Assembly (NCBI GenBank): GCA_964016885.1
Contig: OZ024744.1
Span: 118,420,001 to 118,484,000 of the forward strand
Length of the DNA stretch: 64,000 bases
Direction: 5' to 3'
Origin: Eledone cirrhosa
Lineage: Eukaryota
Each line of letters starts with the position of its first letter. The stretch's first letter is position 1. Below are positions 14,301 to 27,827 of the stretch, piece by piece. The position numbers and the translations under genes were made by a program. Under the pieces are notes generated by a model. The model was not told where the DNA came from and ran no database searches. It saw only the letters and a program-made list of their open reading frames with translations.

Positions 14301-14357
14301 CATATTTTGATTATGTGAATGTTTTCATTTATTAATATTCTGAATAATATATATATA

Positions 14358-14403
<46 letters not shown>

Positions 14404-14454
14404 CAAGAAAACGAAAAATCAGTGATGCATGTGGACTTAGTTTATATATATATA

Positions 14455-15549
14455 TCTACTATATATATATATCTACTATATAGATAGATATATCTACTAT
14501 ATAAATTGGAAGTGGTCGGACGTTGTATATTTAAGTAAGTAGGTGTAGTCGGATAAACGTCGAAATGGCTTGGTTTACACAGTTATTTACACAGTTATGC
14601 AGAATGATCCGAGGAGGCGTTGGGTCGACTTTTAGGGTTCAAGCTTCCATGGTTACGGATAAAATCGATGAAACAGGAATTTCTCATTCAAATTGAACTG
14701 AGAGTAATCTGTGAAAGCAGAAGTAAATATTTCGAGAAACGTTCCAACCGAACGAAAACAGGAAGACGATATTTTGGTTCGTGAAGACGTTCCATGGCAA
14801 TGAACGGGGCAAAAAGCGAGGATAATACGTCGTTATGTGGAACGTAAAGAACAATTTCATGCAAAGACAAGACCAAGTTTATGATATAAATGGAGTCGTT
14901 AGACTAATATTCTATTAAACATAACAGAATGATTTCCAGCCCCGGAGTTTAAGAATAATGTAAATAAAATTGAAAACGAAAATGACAGAGGTTATTAAAA
15001 TAGTAAAAGTAAATAGTGAAGATTTAGGCCAGTACATACGTATGCCCCGACGGACATACACATACATATACATACGCACACACAAATACATACACACACA
15101 CAAATAAATACACACACACGCGCGCGCATATGTATAAATCTTATGCATTTCTACAGTATTTTCACCAAACTTATGTACTCCGGATGGTCATGGACACTTT
15201 CATTTTTCCAGATATTGATTATATGGCCTCCCGGCAGATAACCCCTTTAATCACTTCCTTGGAGTCGACTGAAGCACTGCAGTGCAATGCAACAAAATGT
15301 CATAACTTCTGGAGTTCGCGACCGATTTTCACAAAACTTGACACATGGACTACGTTTGTCCTACAGATGAATGTGAACTCTCAGAATTGGCACATATTGA
15401 GTAGGGGACCCCTGGGGGCAGGAACCCCCTTTTAGAAAAAGCAGATGATTTTGTAAAAGTATAGTTTTCGAAACAGCACTGAAGTGTTGATATAAATGGT
15501 ATACACAACTACTATTTAATACCCGAGCAACGCCGGGTACCTCTGCTAG
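14455..15549 (+). mobile_element. Non-autonomous Helitron
   Basis: 5' TCTACTATATAAA (reiterated three times); 3' hairpin acccgagcaacgccgggt followed by CTAG|T. Confidence 0.65.
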
Positions 15550-15799
15550 TATATATATATATGTAGAAAAGAAGAAATTAAAAGATGGTTAAAAAATTTC
15601 CATATACTCCAGTTTTACTAATTGTTGAGTGCTACTTATCTGATATATGCATAGTTTTATTGTTCTACAATATTACTCACCTCCTACATCCCCTTGATCA
15701 TCTTGACCGACAGTCTGTCGGGCCACAGCACGTCGTGCTGTTTTAGCCATATGATAACGCCATCCCACTGGCTGGGCGTACAGGCCGGTACTCATTTCT

Positions 15800-18515
15800 A
15801 CCCTTAACGGGATCTTCTGAAACTAACAAAGTCAATCTGTAAACGCAGAACTGGATATTTAAAAAAACGTTGCAACCGGAGGAAGACAGGAAGACGATAC
15901 TTTGGTTCGTGGTAACGTTCGCTGGCAAAGAACGGGAAAAAAACGAATAATACGTCATTAATAGGAGCGGCGAAAAACAATTACACGCAAAGACAGAACC
16001 ACGTTTATGGTATAAAAGAGGTCGTAGACTAATGTTCTCTTAGGTGGTTCATAGAGACGTTCTCTGGCAAAGAACGAAAAAACGAAGATAATAAGTCATA
16101 TGTGGAGCGTGGAGAACAATAGCACGCAAAGACAAAACCACGTAAATGGTATAGCAGAAGTCGTAGACTAAAATTCTAACTAGGAGACCGAATGAATCTC
16201 CGCTACAGAGTTAAGAACAAAGTAAATAAATACAATACAGAAGTAATAGAAGTAAATAAATACATACACGCAAACAAGTACGTACATACACAAGCATACG
16301 CAAAACCTTACCATAGGTATATAAATATGTGTGTGTGTGTGTATGCTTGTGTACAAATAAATAAATAATTATATAAACGTATATAAGTAAATAAATACGT
16401 ATATAACAAGCGCACACACATACCTACATATAAATACACGAATGTTCGGAGACGTAAGTCAACTAAAACATGAAGTACACATATACACACACCCACCATA
16501 CGTACGAATCTACATACTCACGCAGACGCAAAACTCCCGTATACACATAGCCAAACCCTAAATATAAAAGTTATACGCCATAACAATCAAATATACGTAC
16601 GAGAAGGTATACATACCTTCACAAAACATACGGGTAATATATACTTACCTATGCAGATAAGTAAAGGAATAAACAAAACATATACTTAGCTCCCACATCA
16701 AGACGTAAAATATCCACGTATAGATCGTACTATCCGTTAGGGTATACCGTGGGGCTGTAATACAGGAAAGTTTTGTGCAATTTATGTTTACAAGCCGAAA
16801 TTGCCTCAGATTTTTTGTTTAAGATGTGGTCTGTGGCGTAGAGTATTTCCAGGGCCTCAGCGGCGCAGAGGTCACATGGTCTTTTATTTCCGTTATACGA
16901 TCTAGCCCTAGCTAGGATCTCCCAGTGTAACTTATATTGGGTGTGGTTGGCTTTTAGACTCCAGATATAAGCTGAAAGTGACGTCATATTCCTTCTTAGA
17001 GGGTAACGAAAAGAATGGGTATGCATGTAAAGACGCTGCTTGAAACTATTGGCGGCTAACCCTATGTAGGCCCTACGGGACGTGGGTGTTACAACCTTAC
17101 ATTTGTAGACAACGTTACTAGAGAGGCATTTCCCGGATAGGGGGCAATCAGCCCGATTCCTACAATTACATAGTATTTCTATTAAAAATTTTACTATATT
17201 TATGTGTAGGGGGAAAATGCTTCGTAATAAGGGAAAGAAAGATCTTAGCTAATGGTGTGGTCACCTCCACATTATATGGTGGGTTAAACCAACAAATGCG
17301 ACGGGATCTATTTCTTCTAGGTCTATTTTCGTACTCTGTATATGCTACCTTATCGACAAATTCACTTCGAGGAAGAGCTTCATTGTAATAAGTAGAATGG
17401 TCGTTGAAAATGCGCTCGTTGGTGGAAAGACGGGAAAGCCTCAACGAAACGTTTCTTACCAGGTTCTTGGTTATGCTGGCAGGATGGTTGGAATGCTTAC
17501 TTATGTAATTAAGCGTATCATTCGGATTTCTATACGGGTAATACAACCCATTCAATAAATTGAGGGTAACGTCGAGGTAATTAACGACCGAGAGATTGGC
17601 CTCAACCTGTATAGAGAGGTTGAAGCCTTTAAAGAAGGCTGTGAGTTCTTTTCTGAACCTGTCGCAAGCACGAGGTCCGCACTTAGTCATGGTCAAAAGA
17701 CCATCGTCACGGTACAAACCACCACCGCGTTGGGTAATTCGTCCTTGATAGAGAAAAGGAGGAAAAGGCCAATAAGATCAGTAACCTCCGCAGAGTCACT
17801 GGCGCCCATACTCACGTCGAATGGGGTACTATTGGATTTTTTAATCCAAACAGAGTCGTCGAAATTAATCACCGACTTTCGGGCATTAAGGATGACATCA
17901 ACTTCGAAATCCTTAACCACTGTGAGTGTTTGCGTGGTTTTGTATACCTATGGTAAGGTTTTGTGTATGCTTGTGTATGTACGTACTTGTTTGCGTGTAT
18001 GTATTTATTTACTTCTATTACTTCTGTATTGTATTTATTTACTTTGTTCTTAACTCTGTAGCGGAGATTCATTCGGTCTCCTAGTTAGAATTTTAGTCTA
18101 CGACTTCTGCTATACCATTTACGTGGTTTTGTCTTTGCGTGCTATTGTTCTCCACGCTCCACATACGACTTATTATCTTCGTTTTTTCGTTCTTTGCCAG
18201 AGAACGTCTCTATGAACCACCTAAGAGAACATTAGTCTACGACCTCTTTTATACCATAAACGTGGTTCTGTCTTTGCGCGTAATTGTTTTTCACCGCTCC
18301 TATTAATGACGTATTATTCGTTTTTTTCCCGTTCTTTGCCAGCGAACGTTACCACGAACCAAAGTATCGTCTTCCTGTCTTCCTCCGGTTGCAACGTTTT
18401 TTTAAATATCCAGTTCTGCGTTTACAGATTGACTTTGTTAGTTTCAGAAGATCCCGTTAAGGGTGAAAGCAGCGATTCTTTGCTTAAACTTTAGTCTGTT
18501 ATTTAATAAATAAAT
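15800..18515 (-). mobile_element. Penelope-like element (RT + GIY-YIG), 5'-truncated, with an inverted 522-bp terminal copy (15800-16321 / 17943-18464)
   Basis: MGASDSAEV and YRDDGL RT motifs, WFNPPY, CNCRNRADCPLSGKC linker and VVYKC..YIG..FKQR..H endonuclease; frameshifted and internally deleted. Confidence 0.92.
18440..18490 (+). ncRNA. Hammerhead motif at the Penelope terminus, with variant core CAGAAGA
   Basis: agttt-CAGAAGA-tccc gttaa gggt-GAAA-gca..tgc-TT-aaact; all three stems pair. Confidence 0.55.
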
Positions 18516-18516
18516 A

Positions 18517-18603
<87 letters not shown>

Positions 18604-18837
18604 TTGAAATAAAATGAAAACGAAATTTCATTTCTCACTCTTAGTACGGCACTTACTATATATATATATATATATACATATATATGCTTATATATTTAAA
18701 GGTTAAACAAGGTTCAATGAATAAATCAAAGAATTAGTTTTACAATAGATTGGAAGCACTCAACAAAAAATGATTTTCCGGGGTTATTAATATTAATTCA
18801 AAATATTAACAAAAATAGAACTTCTTGTGATCAAGTA

Positions 18838-18904
18838 TATTTTATTATACATATTTCAGAGGTACTGAGCTAACTTCAACAGTACGTCCTCATCAGATAA
18901 AATA
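18838..18904 (-). ncRNA. Minimal type I hammerhead ribozyme motif
   Basis: Reverse complement: tattttat-CTGATGA-ggacgtactg..cagtacctct-GAAA-tatgta-TA-ataaaata; 8-bp stem I. Confidence 0.75.
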
Positions 18905-19363
18905 AGATAATGCATGACATACCCTGACATAGTAGATGGTTAAGATTCAGTCATGGTAGTGAGTAAGATATGACAAAACTCAATATCTATATACCTTAAG
19001 ATTGATACATGAAAAAACTTACATATAATACAGAGGGTGCGTGTGAGAAAGCTTAAAAATACATAACAGCAATTTACATAACTGTTAGAGATTCAAATAA
19101 TTATTGAAGAAAGAAGAAAGAAAAAGGACAGAGAGAAAACATATGAGGGGAAAATATAGCTAGTAGAGGTATAGAGGGCAGAAGAGAATTGATCAAGGAA
19201 AGGGAGACAAAGAGGAATAATTATAATTATAGGGAGGGATGAATTATATATATCTATACATAACTATACATTTGGGCATAGCTATGCGATAGAGTAAACT
19301 CGAATCTTTGAATTATCTAGAAATATTCATCAATCTAAATCCTAAATACAACTGGGTGTAATT

Positions 19364-19552
19364 AATTGTTTCTACTTTAGGCACAAGGCCAGCAAATACC
19401 CAGTGCATTACTGGTACTTTATTTTATCGACCCCGTAAGGATGAAAGGCAAAGTCAACCTCGACGGGATTTGAACTCAGATCGTAAAGGGACGTAACTAT
19501 GCTGTAAAGTATGGGGTCCGACCCTCTACTGATACTGCCAATCTACCGCCCT
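19364..19552 (-). mobile_element. tRNA-type SINE with Nin-domain-like core
   Basis: Pol III B-box-like gagttcaaatcc followed by gactttgcctttcatccttacggggtcgataaa; multiple copies in the window. Confidence 0.85.
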
Positions 19553-19624
19553 TATAATTAAAACTGGGTGTAATTAATAAAGGTTAATTTCCTATATGTA
19601 TATATCTATATATCTATATATATA

Positions 19625-20075
19625 TATATACGATATTAATAAATGGAAACTATATTTATAAAACCATATTTATTTCATTATACATATTTCAGGGATACCA
19701 AATTAAATTATGGTATGCCTTCATCAGACAAAATACAATATATAACAGTTTTACAAATAAGCGTTGACGTACCCAATTAAAATACAACCATTGTTTTTGG
19801 AACTATCCGGATTACTTCCAAAAACAATGGTTGTATTTTAATAGGGTACATCAACGCTTATTTGTAAAACTGTTATATATTATATTTTGTCTGATGAAGG
19901 CATATCATAATTTAATTTGGTATCCCTGAAATATGTATAATGAAATAAATATGGTTTTATAAATATAGTTTCCATTTATTAATATCGTATATCTACTCCA
20001 AATACTTGTCGAGTGCTTTATATCAGTTAAAAAAATATTTACTTGTTGTATCCCAACAATTTTAAATAGAACTTT

Positions 20076-20080
<5 letters not shown>
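19625..20080. mobile_element. ~370-bp double-hammerhead palindrome plus ~90-bp terminal extension, copy 1
   Basis: Arms 19625-19802 / 19816-19993 around ctatccggattac; hammerheads at 19671-19735 (-) and 19883-19947 (+); flanked by (TA)n. Confidence 0.82.
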
Positions 20081-20128
<48 letters not shown>

Positions 20129-20279
20129 CGTTTCTGAATTTGTTTAGCAAGATTTTTTATCTGAAAACGTGTGTTGAAACCGATATTGTTATACTTTGGG
20201 AGTATATAAATATATATATATATATATATCATCATCATATATATATATGTATATATATATATATATGTATATTACTCGA

Positions 20280-20394
20280 TGGATATATGGATATTACTCG
20301 ATCTACCTCTTTTCTCCCACCACCTATATCTCTTTCTACCTCTCTTTATTTATTTTTATTTTTTTATTTCTCTCCGTATCCTTAACACTATAAC

Positions 20395-20427
<33 letters not shown>

Positions 20428-20918
20428 ACAGTACCCCCTTCCCTCCTAAATCTCTCATTTGTACGTTATTTTTCACCTCCTCAATATTTCTCTCTCCCAT
20501 ATCTCTCTCTCTCTATCTCGCTCTGTTGTTTTTTTCTTTACATACATTTCTTCATCTTCTTCACCTTCCTCTCTAACTGTCCTTAGCACTATACACTTTC
20601 TTTTTTCTCTCCGTCTTTCTTTCTAACTGTCCTTAACATTTTCACTACCATAACAACTTTTTAAATGGAAGTTGTAAAGTTTTAAGGTATGTCAAATTTA
20701 TTTATAAAACTGTCTATATATTGTATTTTGTCTGAAGAGGGCATACCATATTTTTAATATGATATCCCTGAAATATATATAATGAAATAAATATGGTTTT
20801 ATAAATGTAGTTTCCATTTGTTTAATATCGTAAAATACTCCAAATCTGTTGAGTGCTTTTATATCAGTTATAAAATATTTACTCGTTGTAACCCAACAAT
20901 TTTAAATAAAACTTTTGC
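20280..20918 (+). mobile_element. Single-arm version of the hammerhead module (CT-rich body + hammerhead 20724-20789 + terminus)
   Basis: tattttgt-CTGAAGA-gggcataccatatt..aatatgatatccct-GAAA-tatata-TA-atgaaata; body homologous to 13250-13530. Confidence 0.75.
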
Positions 20919-21000
20919 ATATATATATGTATATATATTTTTTTTCGTTCAATGGCCCTACTCGATAATGAGGGAGTCTGTCTGTCTGTATGTATGTATG

Positions 21001-21054
<54 letters not shown>

Positions 21055-21059
21055 CATAC

Positions 21060-23085
21060 ATACATAGACATACGTACATACACATACATTTATACATACA
21101 TACACATACATTCATACATACATGATGGCTGCGCCCTCGTTATCGAGTATGGCCATTGCACGATATACCATTATTAATAATTATCAATTAATTCTATCGT
21201 GCAATGCCTGTGCGGGAAGATATTTTTTAAAGAGAGGAAAGACTGTGCACTGAGCCAATCCCACTCCCTGAGTGACAGTAGCTATAACCCAAAAAGAAGA
21301 AAAGATCAACATCATCGGTTACTACTGAGCCACAAGTTTTATGTCAGAGTTATCCCAGTTTCCTGAGTTGCCTTCTCCTAGAACAATGCCCTGACAAAGG
21401 CTAGGGGTCCTTCACTCCCAGAGGTTTAACTTCGCGATCGGGTATCCAGCCCGATTATTTCTATGTCCCCCACACATATATACACATATGTATACACATA
21501 TGTATATGATGGCTGCAAACTCTGCTAAGAGTATTGCAATCACTTGTCAGATTATAGAGTTTGGTGCACTTTTAGGCTACGGCCAGCCACACAAACCTGT
21601 AACAGATCCTGAACAAGCAATGCCTGTGCTTTGAAGGTTTTTTAAGTGGGGACCAATCCCACTCTCTGAGCATCGAAAACACTTCCTGAAAAGGAGAACT
21701 GGTCAACATCATCAGATGTTTCTGAAGCTGTAGGTTTTTTTTCAGAGTTTCCTTCTCCTAAAAAGGTGTTGTGACAACAACTGGGTGCCGTTCACCTCCA
21801 GGTGAAAGTAAACAACAAAAAAAACTACTATTTGGATGGCCGTTGACTCTGCTGAGTTCCTCCGCCCTCTGTCGGGTCTTGTATTTCATCCGGCAGGGTG
21901 GCCAAATATCACCCTCCTCACCAAGTAAATATATAATGAGATATTTATTTAATAATGTCTCATATAAAATAATACAACCAATTATCCACGAAATACTGAT
22001 TAGTTAGCACCCCAAACACTAAATTGGGATAATACTTAAGTATATCCTAATGTTTGTTGAGTGAGATGGAGTTGGTCGGAGTATCACTTAAGGCTTTCTC
22101 TGTTTATGTATTGTATATGTTAGGTCACTCTCAAGTGCTACTGATAGCATGTAACCCAGTACAATCTGTCTCATGGTCAGGTTGTCGGTGACTAAACCGG
22201 CAACCCCACTAAGTTTACTTGGTGAGGAGGGTGATATTTGGCCACCCTGCCGGATGAAATACAAGACCCGGCAGAGGGCGGAGGAACTCAGTAGAGTCAA
22301 CGGCCATCCAAATAGTAGTTTTTTTTGTTGTTTACTTTCACCTGGAGGTGAACGGCACCCAGTTGTTGTCACAACACCTTTTTAGGAGAAGGAAACTCTG
22401 AAAAAAAACCTGCAGCTTCAGAAACATCTGATGATGTTGACCAGTTCTCCTTTTCAGGAAGTGTTTTCGATGCTCAGAGAGTGGGATTGGTCCCCACTTA
22501 AAAAACCTTCAAAGCACAGGCATTGCTTGTTCAGGATCTGTTACAGGTTTGTGTGGCTGGCCGTAGCCTAAAAGTGCACCAAACTCTATAATCTGACAAG
22601 TGATTGCAATACTCTTAGCAGAGTTTGCAGCCATCATATACATATGTGTATACATATGTGTATATATGTGTGGGGGACATAGAAATAATCGGGCTGGATA
22701 CCCGATCGCGAAGTTAAACCTCTGGGAGTGAAGGACCCCTAGCCTTTGTCAGGGCATTCTTCTAGGAGAAGGCAACTCAGGAAACTGGGATAACTCTGAC
22801 ATAAAACTTGTGGCTCAGTAGTAACCGATGATGTTGATCTTTTCTTCTTTTTGGGTTATAGCTACTGTCACTCAGGGAGTGGGATTGGCTCAGTGCACAG
22901 TCTTTCCTCTCTTTAAAAAATATCTTCCCGCACAGGCATTGCACGATAGAATTAATTGATAATTATTAATAATGGTATATCGTGCAATGGCCATACTCGA
23001 TAACGAGGGCGCAGCCATCATGTATGTATGTATGAATGTATGTGTATGTATGTATAAATGTATGTGTATGTACGTATGTGTATGT
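21060..23085. repeat. Large inverted duplication (arms ~21060-21929 / 22214-23085) of two RTE-derived non-autonomous elements
   Basis: Mirror ORFs at 21771(+) and 22372(-) share an identical N-terminal peptide; arms are near-identical by eye. Confidence 0.9.
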
Positions 23086-23746
23086 ATGTATGTATGTATG
23101 TATGTATGTATGTATGTATGTATGTATGTATGTATGTATGTATATATGTATGTATATATGTATGTACTTATGTGTATGTATATATATATAATATAATATA
23201 CAGTAAATATATAGGAATAAACACAGTAAATTGTGTGTCTAGAATTATATATATATGCATGTATATATGTATATATGTATATATGTATATATGTATGTAT
23301 GTATATATGTATATATGTATATATGTATATATATGTATGCATGTACGTGCGTATGTCTGTATGTATGTATGGGAAGTTGTTTGTTTATTGTATAATAGGT
23401 ACGTGCCTGTGTATAGATAGATAGTCAATGTCAGTTTAATATATTTGGACGAAATAGAATGACGGTGGTCGTTTAACGAACAAAGTAGAGATTATGTAAG
23501 GGAGGAAGGGAGGGATGGAGAGAGAGAGAGGGGGGGGGAGAAAGATAGAAAGTAAGAACAGGGAAAAGAGAGAGAGAAACATGACACCACGAGAGAAATA
23601 GATATATATATATAAAGGGTAAATAAAGGAAAAGATCGACATTGGTCATTCATTTCCGTCCTCAGGGGTAGTTTCTCAACTTTTATTTATAACGAGCGAC
23701 TATTGCTTATAGTCGTTTGTACTAGAGCAACAACATTTGACATTTC

Positions 23747-23800
<54 letters not shown>

Positions 23801-23939
23801 ATATATATATATATGTAGGAGGTGAGTTTTATTGTAGTACAATAAAGCAATGCAGATATCGGATAAGAAGCACTCTACAGTTTGTATAAAATACATGGAA
23901 CTCTTTTAACCATCTTTTGTTCTTATATATTATATATAT

Positions 23940-24390
23940 ATATACGATATTAATAAATGGAAACTATATTTATAAAACCATATTTATTTCATTATACATA
24001 TTTCAGGGATACCAAATTAAATTATGGTATGCCTTCATCAGACAAAATACAATATATAACAGTTTTACAAATAAGCTTTGACGTACCCTATTAAAATGCA
24101 ACCATTGTTTTTGGAAGTCATCCGGATTACTTCCAAAAACAATGGTTGCATTTTAATAGGGTACGTCAAAGCTTATTTGTAAAACTGTTATATATTGTAT
24201 TTTGTCTGATGAAGGCATACCATAATTTAATTTGGTATCCCTGAAATATGTATAATGAAATAAATATGGTTTTATAAATATAGTTTCCATTTATTAATAT
24301 CGTATATCTACTCCAAATACTTGTCGAGTGCTTTATATCAGTTATAAAAATATTTACTTGTTGTATCCCAACAATTTTAAATAGAACTTT

Positions 24391-24393
<3 letters not shown>
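23940..24393. mobile_element. Double-hammerhead palindrome plus terminal extension, copy 2
   Basis: Arms 23940-24123 / 24124-24307 centred on atcc|ggat; hammerheads at 23985-24049 (-) and 24198-24262 (+). Confidence 0.82.
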
Positions 24394-24428
<35 letters not shown>

Positions 24429-24837
24429 CGGAAAAAATGAAACGAAATTTCATTTCCCACTCTTAGTACGGCTGTTACTTAAATATAAGTATGTATACGT
24501 ACATACATATATGTATACAGACGTACAGTAGTATGTATATATATATACATACATGCACACATATATATATATATGTACGTATGGATTCACCGAACATTTA
24601 TTGTAATGCTTGGTGTGTTTGTAAACAAACATCCCGTATTAAGCCGTAGTGTCCAGCAACCATCGCTGTTCGTTGTTCAATACTGTCAAAGGAACGCTGT
24701 ACTAGTTTCAAGCTTATTAGCTATCGTCAGCAACGTATACCTTCCTGCCAGATTGTTGAACGTATATACTTACCTTATGCATATTAACGATAGCTGACGA
24801 TAGCTGACGATAGCTAATAAGCTTGAAACTAGTACAG

Positions 24838-27548
24838 CTTGCAAGGGTGGGACGGGTCTTATTCAGCAAAGCATCTCTCCACTCGTCACGGTCCTTCGTC
24901 ATCTCCACAGTGAGCTTCAATGATCTGATGTCTGTTCTCCCCACCTCCGCCCATGTTTTTCGTGGTCTACCTCTACCACGTCTTCCTTCAACTGGCATTT
25001 CCTGGCACTTCTTTACCCATCGGTCATCCTCCATGCGCATCACATGTCCATACCATCTCAGTCTCCTCTCCCGTACACTACATTCTATCCCTCTCAGACA
25101 CAGTTTCTCTCTCAACACATTTATGCGGGGTCGTTCACGCACATTTACACTGCACATCCAACGGAGCATGCCTCACTTCTCTCCAGCAGTCGCATATCCT
25201 CTGCAGTTGCTGCCCATGTCTCACTACCATGCAGCATCGTGTTCCTCACACAGGCATCATACAAGCGGCCTTTCGTACGCAGGGAGAAACCCTTCTTCGT
25301 CAACAGAGGAAGCAGCTCCCTAAACTTCTTCCAACCCGTCCTTATTCTAGATACTATGGCCTTGGAACACCGACCTCCCATGCTAATCTGAACTCCTAGG
25401 TACCGGAAGCTATCCACCACTTCTATAGCGCCCTCCTGCATTTGAAAAATGTGTCTATCAATGTGACTTCTACTGTCTAATTTCCCTGTACATCTACTGC
25501 ATACATATTTCTCCCTACCTGTTAGTTTGCCTGCTATCCCGCTACATCTCTTGTGTACCCAGGATCTGCATTGTGTGCATTTTATAGAATTTATGCCAGT
25601 TCCTTTTCTGCATATCGAACATGGCCATTTCCCTGACGGAATCAGAGTTTTGTCCTCTTTTCTACTCATCAACACTTTTGTCTTAGCTAGGTTCACTCTC
25701 AGTCCTCTTGATTTCAACTGCTGTTTCCAAAGCCAGAATTTATTCTCTAGCTCCTCTACTGATTCTGCTATAAGAACCAGATCGTCAGCATAGAGAAGTT
25801 CCCATGTACAGCCAGTCTTAAACTCCTCTGTTATGGCTTGGAGGACTATAATGAACAAGAGCGGGCTGAGGACTGAACCTTGATGTACTCCTACTTGTAT
25901 CTGGAATTCCTCACTAAACTCCAATCCTACCCTGACTTTACTGAGAGTACCTTTGTAAAAAGTTTGCACTGTCCTCACAAGCCATTCCTCAATACCTAGC
26001 TTCCTTAGGGACCACCAGATGACAGATCGGGGTACCCTATGAAAGGCCTTCTCTAGGTCAACAAAGGCTAAGTATAGTGGCTTATTTTTCTCTAAGAACC
26101 TCTCTTGCAATTGTCTCACCAAGAAGAGGGCATCTGTTGTACTCTTCCCAGGCACAAAACCAAACTGCATCTCATCTAGTTTGACCCTTTCTCAAATTAG
26201 TTGTGCTAATATCCTTTCTGCCACTTTCATAACCTGATCTATCAGTTTTATACCCCTATAATTGCTCCTCTCCAGAGCATCCCCTTTACCTTTGTAGCAA
26301 TTTATGAGAATACTGCTGCACCAGTCTTTGGGTATGACACCCATATATAGCCTGATTGATGATGCGTGCAACCAGTTTAGTGCCTACGTCCCCTGATGCC
26401 TTCAGCATCTCAGCAACTATTCCCGATGGTCCAGCAGCCTTACCATTTTTCATTTCCCTAATCGCCTCTTGGACCCTATATTCGTCAATCTCAATAGCTG
26501 GTCCCTCTGTCGGATCTACTAAGGGTAATTTCTCTCTCTTCCATTCGTTCTCCACATTCATCAGTCTCTCGTAATGACATTTCCAGGCCTCCTTTTTCTG
26601 ATCATTCGTGACACTAAGTACACCGGCATCATCCCGGACACATTTATCTCCAACAACATCCTGATTTGCATTGACACACTGCCTTGCAATGTGGAACACT
26701 GCACGCCTCTGATCTTCCCGTCGCAGAACATTGGCAAACCTCCTACTCTCCGCCTCCCTGCGTGTTAAGTACACCTGACGTCTAGCTTCTCTCTTAGTGG
26801 CTGTATATTGTTGCCTACTCCCACCCTTTTTCCAAGCCTTCCATGCTAGTCTTTTGTCTCTAATGGCCTTATCTACTGTGCTGTTCCACCACCAGGTCAC
26901 TCTCTGTCTGGTTGGAGCTCTGCTGCAGCCACATGATTCATCAGTAGCCTGCAGCAAGTTGTCACGTAAGAAATTCCAGTTATTATCTATGTCATACGTC
27001 TCTAAATCGACTTCTTTTTCGTCATATACATCTTGAAGGGCTTTCCTAAATTTGTATTTTAGTGAAAGGTCGTTTAGCTTCCAGATCTTTCTTCTCCACA
27101 CCTTCCTATATGTCTCATTCCATCTCTTGCTTACTGAGATATCACTAACGACTAACCTATGCTGTGGGGTACATTCTTCCCCAGGGCATGCCTTGGTATT
27201 AGACACTATCTGCCTGTCCCGCTGCCTAACTAGTAAGAAGTCAATCTGGCTTATGTGCTCACCAGATTTGTAGGTTATTAGGTGATTGGCAGGTTTCTGG
27301 AAGTTTGTGTTGCAAATAGTCAATGTACTTGCATCACAAAATTTAAGAAGTCTCACTCCTTCTTCCTTTCTTGAGCCGTAACCGTGCCCACCATGTACCC
27401 CAGTGTAACCATCCTGGAGCTGTCCAACATGACCATTGAAGTCTCCTGCTAGCATAACGATGTCTCCGTCCTCTGTCATTGCAGTTGTTTGTAAAAGTTG
27501 CTCGTAAAAGCCGTCTTTCTCATCTTTGCCTAGGCCTGCTTGGGGAAA
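24838..27548 (-). mobile_element. RTE-clade LINE: partial APE endonuclease + RT with PHD-like finger
   Basis: AGDFNGHVG, SQIDFLL, QHRLVV (APE); GKAAGPSG, VHQGSVLSPLLF, YADDL (RT); frameshifted. Confidence 0.95.
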
Positions 27549-27551
27549 AAC

Positions 27552-27600
<49 letters not shown>

Positions 27601-27780
27601 CAATGATATTAAATAAATGGAAACTATATTTATAAAACCATATTTATATTTATTTAAATATAGTTTCCATTTATTTAATATCATTGAATATTAAACTCCA
27701 GAAAACTTGTCGAGTGCTCTGAATCAGTTATAAACATTTATATTTGTTGAATTACTAACAAATTGAATATCCCTTTTGCT

Positions 27781-27824
<44 letters not shown>

Positions 27825-27827
<3 letters not shown>

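Noticed and set aside
19440-19552. tRNA gene
   Set aside because: Only a B-box-like SINE head; no cloverleaf.
20155-20195. Hammerhead at tat-CTGAAAA-cgtgtgtt-GAAA-ccga-TA
   Set aside because: Core deviates from CUGANGA and stems I and II do not pair convincingly.
23446-23670. Minus-strand hammerhead with CTGAGGA and a 17-bp inverted repeat
   Set aside because: No intact GAAA and no stem I partner found.
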